DNA from: an uncultured Acidobacteriota bacterium
GTDB lineage: Bacteria > Acidobacteriota > UBA6911 > RPQK01 > JAPXNP01
Assembly: GCA_963777605.1 (NCBI GenBank)
Contig: CAVZRV010000010.1
Coordinates: forward strand, 1-64,000
Reading direction: 5' to 3'
Length of the DNA stretch: 64,000 nt
Shown: positions 20,740 through 31,435 of the stretch, piece by piece
Layout: each line of letters begins with the position of its first letter
How positions within the stretch are numbered: position 1 is the stretch's first letter
Made by a program: the position numbers and the translations under genes
The notes under the pieces: generated by a model
What the model saw: the letters and a program-made list of their open reading frames with translations, nothing else
The model's database searches: none
Told to the model about the DNA's origin: nothing

Positions 20740-21293
20740 CGCTCTCCGGTTGTTCCGTTGGAAAGTCGAGGCGGCGGCGGGAAGCCGGCTTCACCCTCGT
20801 CGAAACCTCCATCGCGGTTCTGATCTCCATCGTCGGTTTGGCCGGGCTGCTGGCCTTGCTGACCGCGTCGCTCGTAACCTTAACCCTGTCCCAGGACGAA
20901 TTGATTGCCAAACAGAAGGCACGCGAGGCCCTCGAAAGCATCTATACGGCACGAAACACCCAGCAGTTGGTCTTTGACGACATTCGTAACGAGGCCGGCG
21001 GAGGAATATTCCTGAACGGATTTCAACCGCTTCGACTGCCCAATCCCCAAGGGCTCGTCGGTACCGCCACCGACGGCGACCCGGAGGAAATGCTTCTCCC
21101 CGGTCCCGATGACACGATGGGAACGGATGACGACGAGGTTCGTTCGCTCGAGCGTTTCGAGCGGCAGATTGAAATTCTGCCGATTGGCGGGACCAACGAC
21201 CTGCGCGAGCTGACCGTCACGATTCGCTACACCTCGGTACAGGGGTCGCTTCAGGTTTACGCGGTGCAATCCTACATTTCAAGGTTCCGATAG
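20730..21293 (+). CDS. PilV-like minor pilin
   Basis: SD GGAGG; RRREAG|FTLVETSIAVLI; LRELTVTIRY. Confidence 0.8.
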   Translation: MEVALSGCSVGKSRRRREAGFTLVETSIAVLISIVGLAGLLALLTASLVTLTLSQDELIAKQKAREALESIYTARNTQQLVFDDIRNEAGGGIFLNGFQPLRLPNPQGLVGTATDGDPEEMLLPGPDDTMGTDDDEVRSLERFERQIEILPIGGTNDLRELTVTIRYTSVQGSLQVYAVQSYISRFR

Positions 21294-21303
21294 GGGAGAT
21301 CCG

Positions 21304-22344
21304 ATGACTCACAACAATTCAAGCGGCTTCAGCCTGATCGAACTTATGGTGGCGGCCCTGTTGGGAGTTATCCTCTCCGGTGCCGCCGTCATGGTCCTCC
21401 AGCATTCGGTGAGCGTCTCAGATATGGCAGGCCAGATGGGCGAAGTCCATCAGAACTCACGGGTTGCGTTCAATCTGATCTCGAGGGACCTCAGCATGGC
21501 CGGCACGGGTATTCCGCAGGGAGGGATTCAGCTCCCGAGTGGCAAGAAGTCGTACCGTTCGAAGTTCGCCTGCGATTCGGCCAGTTGCTATGTTCTGAAC
21601 AACACTTACGACGACGATCGGCTCTATGCGGTCACGCCGGGGAACGCACGGGGACAACTCATCAATGGCTCTCAGACGGACGTCGTGACGCTCATGTACC
21701 GGGATGCCGAGAGTCACTTCGATCAGTACTCGCTGACCCACATCACGCCGAGCGGTAATCAGGTGACGTTCGACCCGCGCACCGATCCGGCAGTGTCCAG
21801 CAACTCGGAAGGGCTCCAGTTCGGAGACATCATGATCCTCTCCAATGCCAACGGCTGTGCAGCGGGCGTCGTAACCGGGGGCAATGGCAACAAGGTTCTC
21901 TTCGCCGACAATGATCCGCTCGGATTCAATCAACCGTCAGCGGCTTTCGGGAACATTGCCTCCCTGGCCAACCCGGGCAATCCCGCCGGAACCTATCCCC
22001 CCACCAGGGCATTTCGCATTAATGTCATTACCTATTACCTCGATCCGAGCCCCGACGGGCTGACGACCCGGCTCATGCGACAGGTGAATGCTTCTACGCC
22101 GGTACCCGTTGCAGAATCGATTCAGGACCTGCAGTTTACCTACGACATCTTCAGCGAGGCGGCCGGAACTGCAACCGGTGACCTTGTTGATGCCGGCGGC
22201 GCACCAAACCAGATTCGGAAGGCGAACATCCTGCTCATCGCTCGATCGTTGAGACCTGAGCTCTTCAGCCGGCGCTTCGAGCACATTTCCCTGCGGACGG
22301 CGGTAAGCACCCGCAATCTTTCTTTCCGCGATCGTTACGAATGA
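21304..22344 (+). CDS. PilW-like minor pilin
   Basis: NSSG|FSLIELMVA; LISRDLSMAG; PVAESIQDLQFTY; VSTRNL. Confidence 0.85.
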   Translation: MTHNNSSGFSLIELMVAALLGVILSGAAVMVLQHSVSVSDMAGQMGEVHQNSRVAFNLISRDLSMAGTGIPQGGIQLPSGKKSYRSKFACDSASCYVLNNTYDDDRLYAVTPGNARGQLINGSQTDVVTLMYRDAESHFDQYSLTHITPSGNQVTFDPRTDPAVSSNSEGLQFGDIMILSNANGCAAGVVTGGNGNKVLFADNDPLGFNQPSAAFGNIASLANPGNPAGTYPPTRAFRINVITYYLDPSPDGLTTRLMRQVNASTPVPVAESIQDLQFTYDIFSEAAGTATGDLVDAGGAPNQIRKANILLIARSLRPELFSRRFEHISLRTAVSTRNLSFRDRYE

Positions 22345-24809
22345 GAGGTTTGAAAACCATGCGCAGCAGAGAAAAGTGTCGAGAAGACGGCTATGTTTTG
22401 ATTCTCATTCTGTTGCTCCTGACGCTTGTCTCCGCCGGAGCTGTCGGAGTCAGCTACATGGTGACGACCGACATGCGGGTGGGTGGCAACGATCTTCACA
22501 GCATGCAGGCGTACTACGGTGCTGAAGCGGGGATGGAGAAGATGATCGCCGATCTCAGCCAGTTGTACGTCCACCGGATGGCTCCGTCGGTTGAGGAGAT
22601 CCAGGGGCTGAGCACTGAGACACCGGACTTGGACAACATCTCGTATTCCCGATATGAGGTCAACGTGGAAAACACCGGCGGCGTTCCCAATGCAGTCGTC
22701 CGGAATATCAGCGCCGGCCCTAACGAAGGTCTGGTCGCCAGCATCATTCCGATGGAGCTGGACGTCACCAGTCAGGGACCTGCCGCCACCGAAGTCCGGA
22801 TGCAGAGGGACATCGAGGTCGCCCTTATTCCAGTCTTTCAATTTGGGATCTTCTCAGACAGCAATCTGAGCTACTATCCGGGGCCGGGGTTCGATTTCGG
22901 CGGGAGAGTCCACTCCAACGGCAACCTCTTCCTTTCCACCAAGTCGTCGTTGACCTTTCATGCCAAGGTCAGCGCCGCTGGGGAAGTGATTCGGGCCGAG
23001 ATGGCCAACGGGGTCAGTACAATTGCGGCGGGCCGAGATGAACCGGTATACATCCCGACGGCTCCGGGCGGGTGCGACGACTCTCGGCCGGCGTGCCGTA
23101 ACCTCGAAGTACCGGAAGGCAGCAAGGTTGGGGGCCCAAACAGCTCAGACAACCCGGACTGGGCCGAGATATCGACCACCACCTATCACGGGATGGTGGT
23201 CAACGGAAAGACCGGTGCAAAGGCGCTGGAACTCCCGTTCGTCGATGAGGGGCTGCGATCGATTGAAATCATCAAACGGCCCGACCCGGTCGCCGCTGCG
23301 AGCGCGGCCGACGACTCGAGGCTGTACAGCCAGGCCCAGGTCCTTGTTCTACTGAACGACACGAGCGAGGAACTTCCGTCCGCGGGAGTAAGGCTCTCCA
23401 ATGTCGAGCCTTACAAGACCGAGTCCGGCTACGGAGCCACGAACACGGCCTTTGCCGAGGGCAAAGCATCGATCGACTCCGACATGGTTCGGCCGACGGG
23501 CGTCGCGTCCGACGAGGAGTATCCTCTGATCGATGGGTATGTTCTTGTGTTGGCGAATTATGGTGCCGGTGGTTTTTCCGACGTCACTGCGGAGTGGCTG
23601 AACCTCGGAATCGCGTCCGAGAATCCCGACGCCATCCTGAAGTTTCAAACGGTGAAGGACAAGAATGGAGACGGGGCGCCGGACTATTCTTACAACTCAA
23701 CGACCCGGACGACTTCCACCCGGTGGATGCCAATCAACCTTTACGATGCCCGGGAAGGCGAAGTTCGGGATCGATCGCTGGGGGACGACAACGACAGTTG
23801 CGCTATCGGCGGGATTTTCAATGTCGTCGATCTCGACGTCGAGAATCTGCGCCGCTGGTTGAGCGGGGAAATCGGAAGTACCGGAGCCCTGGTCGAGAAC
23901 ATCACCCAGAACGGCTACATTCTTTATTTTTCCGACCAACGTGGAACGTTGACCGGGCCTGACGGAAGAAAGGGATCGTACGGATTTGAAGACGTGGTCA
24001 ACGAAGGTGACCCAAACGGCGTTCCCGACGGCACTCTTGGCGAATCTGAGGATCTCAACGAAAACGGAATGCTGGACAACTGGGGAATCGTCAACCTCGC
24101 CGACGGCTTTGTGGCCGCGGCCCAGGGGGGGCAGACTTCATCGGACTCCCCACTGACCCGAATTCCGGGGCGAACCGTCGCCCGCAAGAATCGCGTCACC
24201 GGTCCTCGTCACGCATTACGGCTCAGAAACGGCCTCTCCGGGAGCCTGCCGTCGAATGCCAAAGGTGGTGGCTTCACGGTGGCCAGTGAGAACCCGGTCT
24301 ACGTCATGGGCGATTACAACGCCAGTGGAGGGTTCGGAGATTACGTTCCGGCCAGTATTATTGCCGATTCGGTCACACTCTTGTCGAACAACTGGAGTGA
24401 CTGGGGGAGCTTTGCCGATGCCACGTATGTCGGGGGCGGAACATCCCGGACCGCCACGACCACCTGGTACCGAATGGCAGTTGCCGCCGGCAAGGTCCAG
24501 AGTTTTGAGAATCCGGCATGGTCCGGGTCGGACGAGTACGGGCTGGACGGTGGGACGCACAACTTCCTTCGCTACCTGGAGAACTGGGGGGGCAAAACGC
24601 TTCACTATCGCGGTTCCCTGGTGAGCCTGTTCTACTCGGAATACTCGAACGGCATTTACAAGTGCTGCAGCACGGTGTATTCACCGCCAGCGCGTGACTA
24701 TGCCTTCGAAACGGACTACCTGACTCCAGCAAACCTTCCGCCGGGCACACCCCGGTTTCGAGACATCGCCAATCTCGGGTTTCAGCAGATTCTGACTCCC
24801 GATGAATAG
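22341..24809 (+). CDS. Large PilX-like minor pilin (PilX N-terminal domain plus ~650-aa C-terminal region)
   Basis: EDG|YVLILILLLL lacking Glu5, QAYYGAEAG, GRVHSNGNLF; C-terminal DGGTHNFLRYLENW..YRGSLVSLF..PPGTP. Confidence 0.8.
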   Translation: MRGLKTMRSREKCREDGYVLILILLLLTLVSAGAVGVSYMVTTDMRVGGNDLHSMQAYYGAEAGMEKMIADLSQLYVHRMAPSVEEIQGLSTETPDLDNISYSRYEVNVENTGGVPNAVVRNISAGPNEGLVASIIPMELDVTSQGPAATEVRMQRDIEVALIPVFQFGIFSDSNLSYYPGPGFDFGGRVHSNGNLFLSTKSSLTFHAKVSAAGEVIRAEMANGVSTIAAGRDEPVYIPTAPGGCDDSRPACRNLEVPEGSKVGGPNSSDNPDWAEISTTTYHGMVVNGKTGAKALELPFVDEGLRSIEIIKRPDPVAAASAADDSRLYSQAQVLVLLNDTSEELPSAGVRLSNVEPYKTESGYGATNTAFAEGKASIDSDMVRPTGVASDEEYPLIDGYVLVLANYGAGGFSDVTAEWLNLGIASENPDAILKFQTVKDKNGDGAPDYSYNSTTRTTSTRWMPINLYDAREGEVRDRSLGDDNDSCAIGGIFNVVDLDVENLRRWLSGEIGSTGALVENITQNGYILYFSDQRGTLTGPDGRKGSYGFEDVVNEGDPNGVPDGTLGESEDLNENGMLDNWGIVNLADGFVAAAQGGQTSSDSPLTRIPGRTVARKNRVTGPRHALRLRNGLSGSLPSNAKGGGFTVASENPVYVMGDYNASGGFGDYVPASIIADSVTLLSNNWSDWGSFADATYVGGGTSRTATTTWYRMAVAAGKVQSFENPAWSGSDEYGLDGGTHNFLRYLENWGGKTLHYRGSLVSLFYSEYSNGIYKCCSTVYSPPARDYAFETDYLTPANLPPGTPRFRDIANLGFQQILTPDE

Positions 24810-24920
24810 GATGGTCGAGGGCTCTGCAACGGCAGTCGAAAGTCGCAGATAGTCACATGGATGTAAAATCCCAAGCTGGAATGGCTTGACATCGGCCTCA
24901 GACTGGAGCAGGCTTTCACG

Positions 24921-25286
24921 GTGACTGAATCAAGGTCAATCTCGCGGATGGTCCGCCTCTTTGGCAGGCACCTGAACGACAGGGTACTGCTGGTGGTATT
25001 GGTGTCCGATAGTGACGCCATCACTCTGGTCCGCTACACATCCAACCGTTCGTTCCGGAAGGAAATCGAGAGCGCTGTCAGGGCCGGGTCGCAAGGGATC
25101 GGAGTTGTCGCATTACAGTCCGAAACCGATTCGCGAGTTGAACGATGGTTCCACTTTCCCTGGCATAGCGACACCTCTCTTGACGACAGCGTCTGTCGCC
25201 GAATTGAAAATGCTCTGCAATCCCTGCCGGCCAACGTCTCTCGATCCAATAGTGGAATCGAGATCCCTCCTCGTGCGATCGTATAA
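24921..25286 (+). CDS. Hypothetical protein
   Basis: 121-aa ORF filling the gap on the same strand as its neighbours; no motif recognised; start uncertain. Confidence 0.4.
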   Translation: MTESRSISRMVRLFGRHLNDRVLLVVLVSDSDAITLVRYTSNRSFRKEIESAVRAGSQGIGVVALQSETDSRVERWFHFPWHSDTSLDDSVCRRIENALQSLPANVSRSNSGIEIPPRAIV

Positions 25287-25339
25287 CCTGCGATCAACAT
25301 GAAAATCCTGATTTTTTACGATTATCGACGGCTGAATCA

Positions 25340-25771
25340 ATGGACCGATCATCGACGTATTATTCTTTAGACGCAAAGGTTACGACAGAAGAATTCATTG
25401 ATCTTCTCAGGCGCTCAGAGCTGGCGGAACGGCGGCCCGTTGAGGATGTTGGATGTATCGGCGGGATGTTGGAAAACGCTGATCTCACCGTTACCGCCTG
25501 GGACGGTGAGCTGTTGATCGGAATCGCCCGCTCAGTGACCGACCTGGTCTACTGCTGCTATCTTTCCGACCTCGCCGTTGACCGAGCGTACCAGGGGAAG
25601 GGAATCGGCCGGGAACTCATTTCCCGGACCCAGGCGGGACTGGGCCCGAAATGCACTCTGATTCTGCTGTCGGCACCGAAAGCTGTCAGCTACTACCCTC
25701 AAATCGGGATGGACCAACATCCCTCAGCCTGGGTTCTTCCGCGTGGTCGTCGTTTGACAGACAAGTCCTGA
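25340..25771 (+). CDS. GNAT family N-acetyltransferase
   Basis: LIGIARSVTD..CYLSDLAVDRAYQGKGIGRELI acetyl-CoA motif. Confidence 0.9.
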   Translation: MDRSSTYYSLDAKVTTEEFIDLLRRSELAERRPVEDVGCIGGMLENADLTVTAWDGELLIGIARSVTDLVYCCYLSDLAVDRAYQGKGIGRELISRTQAGLGPKCTLILLSAPKAVSYYPQIGMDQHPSAWVLPRGRRLTDKS

Positions 25772-25883
25772 CCCCCGGTGACCGGGCTGAATCTCGAGCC
25801 CTTCACAGGAGTGTCAATAGACAGTCAATGGTCAGTTGACAATCCCGTGCCGAGGGTGGGGAGACCCGGGTCCGGGATGGCAA

Positions 25884-27276
25884 CTACTCCGGTTCGTCAG
25901 GATGGCGACCTGGAGAGGCTTCCGCTTCAGCCTCCCGGCGGAGGCGGTCGATCTGCTTGAGCCGGTCCCGGTAGGACTTTTCGACTCCGCGGTCCGTCGG
26001 GTGATAGTACCGCCTGTTCCTCAGGCCGTGCGGCAGGCACTCCATCGCCGAAACACCAGATTCTTCGTTGTGAGCGTAGCGGTAACCCCGACCGTATTCG
26101 AGTTCTTTCATCAGTCGGGTCGGTGCGTTCCTGAGGTGAAGCGGAACCGGATCATTCCGGGTCTCTCGGATATCAGCCGCCACTGCACCATAGGCCCGGT
26201 AAAGTGCGTTCGACTTGGGTGCCAGGGCGAGGTAGGCGGCCGCCTGGGCAAGGGCGAGTTTGCCCTCTGGAAGCCCGATGAAGTGAAAAGCCTGCATGGC
26301 ATCGAGTGCGATGGAGAGGGCGCGAGGATCGGCGAGGCCGATGTCCTCGGAAGCGAAACGGACCAAACGACGAACAATATACAGGGGGTCTTCTCCTGCT
26401 TCGAGCATCCGGCCTAGCCAATAGAGCGAGGCGTCCACGTCGCTGTTCCGCAGAGACTTGTGAAGGGCGGAGATCAGGTTGTAATGCGCCTCCCCTTCCT
26501 TGTCGTACAGGATCGAACGCTGCTGCAACGCCGTCTGGAGAATCTCGTCGGTAATCACTGGAGCTTCGGGGTTGTCCTGGAGCGCCAGCCGTGCGGCAAC
26601 TTCAAGCCCGTTGAGAGATGCACGAGCGTCGCCGTTAGCGAACTGGGCCAGGTGAGTCAGGACCTCATCCGAAACCGTCAGGTTCCAGCTGCCCAAGCCG
26701 CGCTCCCGGTCGGCGAGGGCTCGCTTGAGGATTGCGACGACCTGCTGATCATCGAGCGCTTCCAGGACCAGCACACGGGTTCGGGACAGGAGCGGAGAAA
26801 TAACCTCGAAGGACGGGTTTTCAGTGGTTGCCCCGATCAGGACGATGGTGCCGTTTTCCACGTGGGGAAGGAAGGCGTCCTGTTGAGCCTTGTTGAAACG
26901 GTGGATCTCGTCCACGAAGAGAATTGTCGCACGGTTCTGCCGGCGCCGCTGCCGTCTGGCTTCTTCAATAACCCGCTTGACGTCTTTCACTCCCGAGAGA
27001 ACGGCACTGATGGCGAAGAAATGAGCGTCCGCTTCATTGGCGATGACGTGAGCCAACGTCGTCTTGCCAACTCCGGGAGGTCCCCAAAGGATCATGGATG
27101 GGACTTGGTTGCCCCGAAGTGCCTCGGTGAGGAACTTTCCGTTCCCCGAGCAGGTGCTCCTGGCCCACGACCTCTCCGAGAGAGCGGGGTCTCATGCGAT
27201 CGGCGAGCGGTCGGTCGGCGGGAACTTCGTCCTCCGCCTTCATCGGCTCCAAGCTTGAGAAAAGGTCCTCATCCAT
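25884..27276 (-). CDS. rarA: Replication-associated recombination protein A (frameshift near 27120)
   Basis: [22 protein letters not shown], then [49 protein letters not shown]. Confidence 0.95.
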
Positions 27277-27285
27277 AGCGACTCA

Positions 27286-28089
27286 TTATTCTATCGAATC
27301 GACTGCCGGTTGGCGGCGATCTGGGCACGAGCGCCGCCGCCGCACCTCGTAGAGAATCAGGGCGGCCGACACGGCGGCGTTCAGGCTTTCGACGCCAGGT
27401 TCCATGGGGATGTGAAGTCGATGAACCGAGGCGGGAAGGGAATCGGAAAAACCTCCACCCTCTCGCCCCACGACCACGCAGAGTGGAGCCTCCAGTCCAG
27501 CTGAAAACAGGTCGATGCCCGAGGCACTGTCAGCGGTCCACAGTGAGTACCCACGCTCGCTCACTTCGGTCGGCTCCCGTCGTTCGAGAAATGGGACCTC
27601 AATTAAATATCCGGCAGAGGCACGTATCACCTTGCTATTGAAGCAGGAAACCGTTCCTGGGGCAGTGACCAGGCCCCAGCCTCCCGCAGCTGCCGCGGTC
27701 CGGAGAATCGTGCCGAGGTTACCCGGGTCCTGGAGCCCGTCGAGGTAGAGAATCTGATCCGGCAGGTCCGGCCACTCGAAATCCGGCTTGCGGACGAAGG
27801 CGATCACACCCTGGCTGGTCCGTACGTCGCTGAGGCGATCCATGAGGCGATTGGGAAGCTGAACGACTTCAGCGGCGCAAGCCAGCAGCGACTCGTACTT
27901 CTCAATGGCATCGGCCGACACGACCAGTAACTCGGGTGACAATCGAACAGCCAAATCCGAAATCTGCTTTGGCCCCTCCAATGGAATGCAGCGAAAGCTG
28001 GGGTCCTCGGGGTGCTGGATGTTCTTCTTCCAGACTTTCAGGGAATCGTTGTGAGGGCTCTCGATCGTGCGGATATTGGGCCGTGACAC
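27286..28089 (-). CDS. TrmH/SpoU family RNA methyltransferase
   Basis: LDGLQDPGNLGTILRTA, VVGREGGG, IPMEPGVESLNAAVSA SPOUT motifs. Confidence 0.9.
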   Translation of the reverse strand: MSRPNIRTIESPHNDSLKVWKKNIQHPEDPSFRCIPLEGPKQISDLAVRLSPELLVVSADAIEKYESLLACAAEVVQLPNRLMDRLSDVRTSQGVIAFVRKPDFEWPDLPDQILYLDGLQDPGNLGTILRTAAAAGGWGLVTAPGTVSCFNSKVIRASAGYLIEVPFLERREPTEVSERGYSLWTADSASGIDLFSAGLEAPLCVVVGREGGGFSDSLPASVHRLHIPMEPGVESLNAAVSAALILYEVRRRRSCPDRRQPAVDSIE

Positions 28090-28115
28090 AAACGGTATTG
28101 TATCCTGACCGTGCC

Positions 28116-28744
28116 ATGCGCATCGATCTTGAATCTCCTGAACCTGGATCTATTGAGCGGGCTGCGGCTACGGTTCGCGAAGGAGGTGTCGTGCTTTACC
28201 CGGCGGACACGATTTACGGGCTCGGCTGTGATGCCTGCAACGAGGAGGCGGTCCGGCGCCTTGTGGAGATCAAGGGGCGGAGCGAGGAGAAGGGGTTGTT
28301 GGTGCTGCTGCCCTCGCTGGCTGAGGTCCGTGCTTTCGTGGAGGAGATTCCGGAACAAGGGCTGCAGTTGCTCGAGCAATGCTGGCCGGGCCCGCTGACT
28401 GTACTGTTGAGACCGGCTGCAACACTGCCCGAACTCCTGACCGGAAGTGACTGCAAGATCGGCATCCGCTGTCCGCGTGGACCTTTTCTGCAGTCCTGGT
28501 TGAGCCGTCTGGGCCGGCCGCTGGTTTCAACAAGTGCGAATCGTTCGGGCGAAGCCTACTGCGGCAGACGTTGCTCGGCTGCACGAACTGTTTGACGGTA
28601 GAGTCAATCTCTTCATGGAGTGCGGAGAGCTTCCGCAAGGGCCACCTTCCACCGTTGTCGATCTCGACGACATCGCCATTTCAAGTTGTTCGCGCTGGCG
28701 CCGGAATGGAAGAAATATGTCTTGTTCTTGAAGGATTACAGTGA
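28116..28744 (+). CDS. tsaC: L-threonylcarbamoyladenylate synthase (TsaC/Sua5), apparent frameshifts near 28560 and 28670
   Basis: GGVVLYPADTIYGLGC, IKGR, WPGPLT, STSANRSG, then PSTVVDL and PFQVVRAG in shifted frames. Confidence 0.85.
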
Positions 28745-28769
28745 TTAAGTTCCGGCAACCTGTCAGCAT

Positions 28770-29637
28770 CTAGCTCGACTGGCTGACCGAGTGCTTCGCG
28801 GATGCGGGCGCCGAGAAAGCGGCATCGATCAACTTGCGGACAAACTCCTGCTTTTCACTTCGCTGGTGCAGTCCTCGGCCCACCGCAATGAGTTCGGCGA
28901 TCACGCTGATGCCGATTTCCTCCGGCGTCTCCGACCCTATGGGGAGTCCGATAGGCGCGAAGAGGTTCGTGAAATGCTCAGCGGAGTACCCCTTCTCGAT
29001 CAGGGTTTCCACGATCAGCTTGATTTTGCGGCGACTGCCGACCAGGCCAACATAGCGTGCCGGTGTCTGAATTGCCTCTTCCGTGGCGGTGCAATCGTGA
29101 CTGTGACCGCGGGTCACGATAACCACGTATGAATTCCGATCTACCGGCAGGTCGCGCAGGCAACCCTCAAACGGCCGGACCAGGACATCTTCGACAGCCG
29201 GAAAGCGTTCCCGGTTGGCAAATTGGTCACGGTCGTCTACGACCGTGACCCGGAAACCGACGCGCTGGCCGAATTCGGCGAGTGACAACCCCAGGTGGCC
29301 GGCACCCAGGATGAACAGTTTGGGATCGCTCATGATCGGTTCCACGAAAACTTCCACCGTTCCGCCGCAGATCAGGCCTTCGTTCTCGGCGTCGCTGGCG
29401 TTAAGTTCAAAACTGACCAGCTTGAGGGCGGCCCGACTCAATGACTTCCCGGGCCTTCTGCCAGATCTCTCCCTCGACACAGCCACCGCCAACGGATCCA
29501 AAGGTGGACCCGTCTTCCCGGATCAGCATTTTGGCGCAGTCCTTGCGGGGAGTGCTTCCAACCCGGCGCACGATGGTCGCCAGTGCCGCCCGTTCCCCCG
29601 ATTCCCGCAGCCGGACTATTTCCGAGTAAATATCCAC
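28770..29637 (-). CDS. XdhC/CoxI family molybdenum cofactor accessory protein (frameshift near 29425)
   Basis: ALATIVRRVGSTPR..GSVGGGCVE, then GLICGGTVEVFVEP, ILGAGH, VTRGHSHD, GLVGSRRK, PIGLPIGSETPEEIGIS. Confidence 0.9.
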
Positions 29638-29690
29638 GTCCTAATTCTCGCAGCCCCGCTCGCCAGGGGTCAACCGGACGACCCTTCGAT

Positions 29691-31155
29691 CTACGATTTT
29701 TGAGGTGAGATTTCGACCGGGTGGGCAACCTCAGTTTCCATGCTCCGGCTGCGGTAGCTGGCCAGGGTTACCTTCATGACAACGCCGCTCAGGATGAGAA
29801 GGGCGATCAGGTTGGGAAAAGCCATAAACGCGTTGAAGGTATCGCCTACGTTCGTGATGATGGGAGCATATTTGCCGGTCAGGAGCGAACCCACGACCAC
29901 CAGAATGATGAAAAGAACGCGATAGGGTTTCACGGCCTTGAGTCCGAAGAGGTACTCGCAGCAGACCTGGCCGTAATAACTCCAGCCGAGGAGTGTCGTG
30001 AATCCGAAGAGCAGTGAGGAGAGCACCACGATAACACCGCCCCAACCCGCCAGGATCGACGGCATCCCCAGGTTGAACGCGTTCACCGTCAGAGTCCGCA
30101 CCGGAGAGTCCGTTGGGATCGAAGAGCGTCGAATTCTGATAGGCGCCCGAGATCACAATGACAAGAGTAGTCAACGTGCAGACTACGATGGTGTCGATGA
30201 AGACTCCCATCATGGCAATTGAGCCCTGCTTTACCGGGTAAATCGTGCGGGCGGCACCATGCGCGATCGGGGAACTACCAAGTCCGGCTTCATTGGAGAG
30301 GAGTCCCCGGGCCACTCCGAAACGGATCGCCTGCTGGACACTGACTCCGATGGCTCCACCAAGCGCCGCCTGCGGGCTGAAGGCGGATTCGAAAATCAGT
30401 TCGAATGCCGCAGGAACAGCGGAGAGATTATTCAGAATCACGGCCAGCGCCCCGAGAAAATAGCAGACAATCATGGTGGGCACGAGTTTTTCGGCGACCC
30501 GTCCGATTCGGCTGATACCCCCAATTATCACGAGTCCGGCCAGAAACGCGATGGTCAGCCCTGATGCCCATTGCGGAATTCCGAATTGCTGCCGGGCAGC
30601 GAGCGCCATCGACTGGCTCTGGAACATGTTCCCTGTGCCCAGAAGGCAGGCGAGGGCACCCGAGATCGCGAAGATTCCACCGGTGATCACGGCAACCCGC
30701 TGATTCTTGATCCCGTACCGGCAGTAGTACATGGGGCCTCCGACGACCGATCCGTCCTCCATGCGAACCCGGAAGAGAATCGCCAGAGAACCCTCGGCGT
30801 AGGTCGTGGCCATTCCAAGAATCGCCGTCAGCCACATCCAGACAGCAGCGCCCGGTCCCCCTGCCGCTATCGCCGTGGCCACACCCGCAATGTTGCCATT
30901 TCCCACCGTGGATGACAGAGCGGTCATCAGAGCCTGGAACGGGGTGATGTCGCCGTCTCCCTTGCTGGCCTTGCTCCGAGAAGAACCGGAAAAGACCAGA
31001 CCGAATGCCTGACGGAAGTACCGAACTTGGACAAACCGGGTCATCAGCGTCAGGATTAGTCCGGTTCCGAACAGGAGCACGACCATGGGAACTCCCCAGA
31101 TCCATCCGGAAATAGTCGTCGTGAAATCAAGCAGAAAATCGAGCAACTGAGTCAT
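29691..31155 (-). CDS. Alanine/glycine:cation symporter (AlsT/AGCS family), frameshift near 30100
   Basis: TPFQALMTALSSTVGNGNIAGVA, GGPGA, GVARGLLSNEAGLGS, FIDTIVVCT, FTTLLGWSYYG, MAFPNLIAL. Confidence 0.92.
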
Positions 31156-31435
31156 ATTCTCTCCCGCCTAGTCACCCCTAATGAGTCATCGAAAGATACT
31201 CGATCGTCCCGACGGGGGCAAGGATCAGCCGGGCAATTCAGGGCGACGAAGGTCTCATTGGATCTCTCCAGAAGAAGATCGCCGATGATCGGTTCTTGTA
31301 CCGCCGGTCTCTAGTCGTGGAAGGCACTACGGTTCTTGAACTCGCACTTGCCCGGCGATCGAGCAATGCCGCCCATGTCAACGAGATCACTGTAGCGGTG
31401 TAAGCACTTATTGGAAATTGAAGTGTGGTTCGCGT

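Noticed and set aside
27095-30101. Programmed ribosomal frameshifting in rarA, tsaC, xdhC or alsT
   Set aside because: Not known for these families, no consistent slippery site, and indels are widespread nearby; sequencing error is more likely.
31156-31420. Glycine riboswitch upstream of the alanine/glycine symporter
   Set aside because: A GGAGAG is present, but I could not find the CCGAAG and CTCTCAGG elements; an Rfam search would settle it.
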